Shown here: piece after piece, positions 60,347 through 64,000 of the stretch
Position numbering within the stretch: the stretch's first letter is position 1
How the letters are laid out: each line of letters begins with the position of its first letter
Assembly (NCBI GenBank): GCA_964016885.1
Contig: CAXHJY010000522.1
Span: 135,516 to 199,515, forward strand
Reading direction: 5' to 3'
Source of the DNA: Eledone cirrhosa
Lineage: Eukaryota
DNA: 64,000 bases
Program-made: the position numbers and the translations under genes
The notes under the pieces: model-generated
Told to the model about the DNA's origin: nothing
The model's input: the letters and a program-made list of their open reading frames with translations, nothing else
Database searches by the model: none

Positions 60347-62088
60347 CATCATCATCATCATCATCAGGTTTAGCGTCCGTGTTCCACGCTTGCATGGGTT
60401 TGGACGGGGGTTTTCCCACTTGAGGCAAGAGTGGTTGTCTTGCTCGCATAGGACTGTCTGGCGGGTTTTCTACAGTTGGATGCCCTTCTTAACACCAACC
60501 ACATTTACAGTGTGGGGCTGGGAGGTTTTTACCGTGTTGCCTACACGGCCACATTTACAGCGTGGACTGTGTTTTTTGTCGTGACACCTACACGATCTCA
60601 TTTGTTTCGGCCTGGATGTTGTGGGACCAACATAACTTTACATTGAAAGGGGCGGTGTGGGTGGGGTGGAGGTGGTGGGGACGGGTGTGTGTTTTGATAG
60701 AGATGCCTACTGACTGTAGTGGGTTTTTACTTTGTATTTAGGTAAGGCGGGTCTTCTCTATTACTGAGTACCGCCAAAGGTCTCGGTCCAGTGACATTGT
60801 CTTGGAGAGGTGTAAGCGTGTGAGGTCGGAATTTATCAGCTCGTCCCATGTTTTTCTGGGTCTGCCTATTCCGTGACTACCGTCTATCTTTATTGCCCTG
60901 CACTTTGTTATACAGCTGTCGTCTTTCATGCGCATCACGTGTCCATACCAACGTAGCCTTCTCTCGAGTAAACAACATATGATCCCTCTTATTTCTAATT
61001 TTTTCCTTAGTTCGTTTATGCTTTGCCGTTCACGTATATTACTATTGCACATCCAGCAGAGCATGCAAGCTTCGTTCCTCTCTAGTCTGCGTATATCCTC
61101 TGCACACGATGCCCAGGTCTCACTGCCATGCAGCATTGCTGTTAGTATGCAGGCATCGTATAACCTGCCTTTCATTTTTAGGGAGAACCCTCTAGCGGCT
61201 AATAGTGGTATAAGCTCTCTGAACTTTTTCCATCCAGTTCTGACTCTAGCTACTGTACTTTCAGAGCACCCTCCCCCACTGCTGATTTTGTCACCCAGAT
61301 AACGGAAGCTGTCCACTATTTCTATAGAACCCTCTGCGCAGTTGAAGGAGCTAGTATTTAGTGGGCACTTGCTGCTACTTATTGCACCCGAGCACCGGCC
61401 ACATGTAAAATCTATGTTCTTAGTTAGCTTACCTGTGATCCCACTACATCTTTTATGCACCCATACTTTGCATTTGGGACATAAAATGAGTTTCTACCTA
61501 CGCCTTTCCTACACACTGAGCATGGCCATTCCCAGATGGGACCGCCGCCTTATTTTCTTTCCTACAAACTAGAACTTTAGTCTTAGCCAGGTTAATTTTA
61601 AGGCCTTTTGATTCTAGGCCGTGCTTCCATGTTTGGAATTTCTTCTCTAGTTCGATCATTGATTCAGCTATGAGCGTTAGATCATCTGCGTATAGGAGTT
61701 CCCATGGGCAGCCGGTCTTGATCTCCTCTGTTATAGCCTGAAGGGCAATAATAAATAGTAGGGGGCTAAGAACAGAGCCCTGATGGACACCAACTTTTAC
61801 GCTAAACTCTTCACTATATTCGTTGTTAATTCTAACCTGACTCTTTCTTTATACATGGCTTGTATAGCTCTCACAAGCCATTCGTCAACACCTAGTTTTC
61901 TAAGAGACCACCAGATAATGGAACGGGGGACTCTGTCGAAGGCTTTCTCCAAGTCGACGAAAGCTAAGTATAGGGGTTTACTTTTAGCTAGGTACTTCTC
62001 CTGTAGTTGCCGTACAATGAAAAGAGCGTCTGTGGTACTTTTGCCTGACACAAACCCGAACTGCATTTCATCTAGATCAATTCTCTCT
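60347..62088 (-). mobile_element. RTE subfamily B, 5'-truncated, with a few frameshifts
   Basis: QFGF, KAFDRV, YADD, PHD, FRYLG, LRWYGH; 3' UTR and (CAT)n tail; closely similar to 8755-10139 and 54768-55427. Confidence 0.95.
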
Positions 62089-62576
62089 CATACATATATA
62101 TACATATATATACATATATATATATACATATACATATACATATATATATACATATATATACATACATATACATATATATACATATATATATATACATATA
62201 TATATATACATATATATATATACATATATATACATATATATATATACTATATATATATATACATATATATATATACATATATATATATACATATATATAT
62301 ATACATATATATATATACATATATATATATACATATATATATATACATATATATATATACATATATATATATACATATATATATATACATATATACATAT
62401 ATATATATACATATATACATATATATATATACATATATACATATACATATATATATATACATATATACATATACATATATACATATACATATATATATAT
62501 ACATATACATATATATATATACATATACATATACATATATATATAATATACATATACATATATATATATATACATA
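62089..62576. repeat. (TA)n/TACA tract
   Basis: Read directly. Confidence 0.98.
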
Positions 62577-63030
62577 TCATCATCATCAATGTTTAACGTC
62601 CGTGTTCCACGCTTGCATGGGTTTGGACGGGGGTTTTCCCACTTGAGGCAAGAGTGATTGTCTTGCTCGCATAGGAGTGTCTGGTGGGTTTTCTACAGCC
62701 GGATGCCCTTCCTAACACCAACCACATTTACAGTGTGGGGCTGGGATGTTTTTACCGTGTTGCCTACACGGCCACATTACAGTGTGGGGCTGGGAGGTTT
62801 TTACCGTGTTGTCTACACGGCCACATTACAGCGTGGACTGTCTGGTGGATTTTCTACAGCTGGATGCCCTTCCTAACACCAACCACATTTACAGTGTGGG
62901 GCTGGGAGGTTTTTACCGTGTTGCCTACATGGCCACATTACAGCGTGGACTGTGTGTTTTTTTGTCGTGACACCTACACGATCTCATTTGTTTCAGCCTG
63001 GATGTTGTGGCACCAACATAACTTTACATT
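62577..63030 (-). mobile_element. RTE subfamily B 3' UTR with internal tandem duplications
   Basis: ccacatt(t)acagtgtggggctggga..ttttaccgtgttg occurs three times and the ggatgcccttcc core twice. Confidence 0.9.
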
Positions 63031-63134
63031 ATATGTGTATATATATGTGTGTATATATGTATATATATATATGTGTGTATATATGTATATACTGTATATA
63101 TATATATATATATGTATATACTGTATATACTGTA

Positions 63135-63499
63135 TATATATATATATATATATGTATATACTGTATATATATATATATATATGTATATACTGTATATACT
63201 GTATATATATATATATATATGTATATACTGTATATATATACGTACGAGGGGGGATCAAAAAGCTCGCGGAATTTTATCGTAGTAAGAAAAAAATAGGTTA
63301 AAACAATATTAAATATGTCAGAACATTGACACTGGGTGTTTACCTTGCTATTAGTCACTTGCAGTCAGTTATGCGTGGACTATTGTACAGTACTGACATT
63401 CTTTAAAAAAAACCTCTTGTGAGAGCTATACAAGCCATGTATAAAGAAACAGTCAGCAAGGTTAGAATTAACAATGAATATAGTGAAGAGTATATATAC

Positions 63500-63531
<32 letters not shown>

Positions 63532-63587
63532 ATATACATATACATATACATATATATACATATATATATGTATATGTATATGTATAT

Positions 63588-63619
<32 letters not shown>

Positions 63620-63962
63620 GTATATATACTCTTCACTATATTCATTGTTAATTCTAACCTTGCTGACTGTTTCTTTATACATGGCTTGTATAGCTCTCAC
63701 AAGAGGTTTTTTTTAAAGAATGTCAGTACTGTACAATAGTCCACGCATAACTGACTGCAAGTGACTAATAGCAAGGTAAACACCCAGTGTCAATGTTCTG
63801 ACATATTTAATATTGTTTTAACCTATTTTTTTCTTACTACGATAAAATTCCGCGAGCTTTTTGATCCCCCCTCGTACGTATATATATACAGTATATACAT
63901 ATATATATATATATATATACAGTATATACAGTATATACATATATATATATATATATATACAG

Positions 63963-63988
<26 letters not shown>
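63135..63988. repeat. Large fold-back palindrome centred at about 63559
   Basis: Unique segment 63241-63490 is exactly mirrored at 63629-63878; the centre and outer flanks are mirrored TA repeats. Confidence 0.95.
63245..63415 (+). mobile_element. Mariner-like transposon end (mirrored at 63704-63874)
   Basis: TA|CGAGGGGGGATCAAAAAG resembles mariner TIR starts. Confidence 0.6.

Positions 63989-64000
<12 letters not shown>

Overview
AT-rich eukaryotic, repeat-dominated DNA. The SINE, RTE and Helitron repertoire and the huge (TA)n tracts look like an octopus/cephalopod genome (inference from repeat style, no search run). No complete host gene is visible. The best host-gene evidence is one splice-bounded minus-strand exon (36397-36887) encoding a furin site followed by a Thr-rich mucin-like stalk. 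The rest is mostly mobile DNA: at least three RTE-clade LINE subfamilies whose reverse transcriptase carries a PHD finger between motifs 6 and 7, Tx1/L1-clade fragments, Penelope-like GIY-YIG fragments, tRNA-derived SINEs (some with TSDs), Helitrons, and TcMar- and piggyBac-type MITEs. Main oddities: (1) a 328-bp palindrome carrying a complete minimal type I hammerhead ribozyme on each strand (47022-47349); (2) a 40-42-bp satellite enclosed by ~110-bp inverted repeats from which its unit derives (145-1944); (3) kb-long, mostly strand-polarised TA/TACA tracts at retroelement junctions, one inside an apparent twin-priming inversion junction; (4) a TSD-bounded SINE insertion that includes an inverted copy of adjacent DNA; (5) a terminal fold-back palindrome that may be an artefact. 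All long Ile/Tyr-repeat ORFs are microsatellite artefacts.
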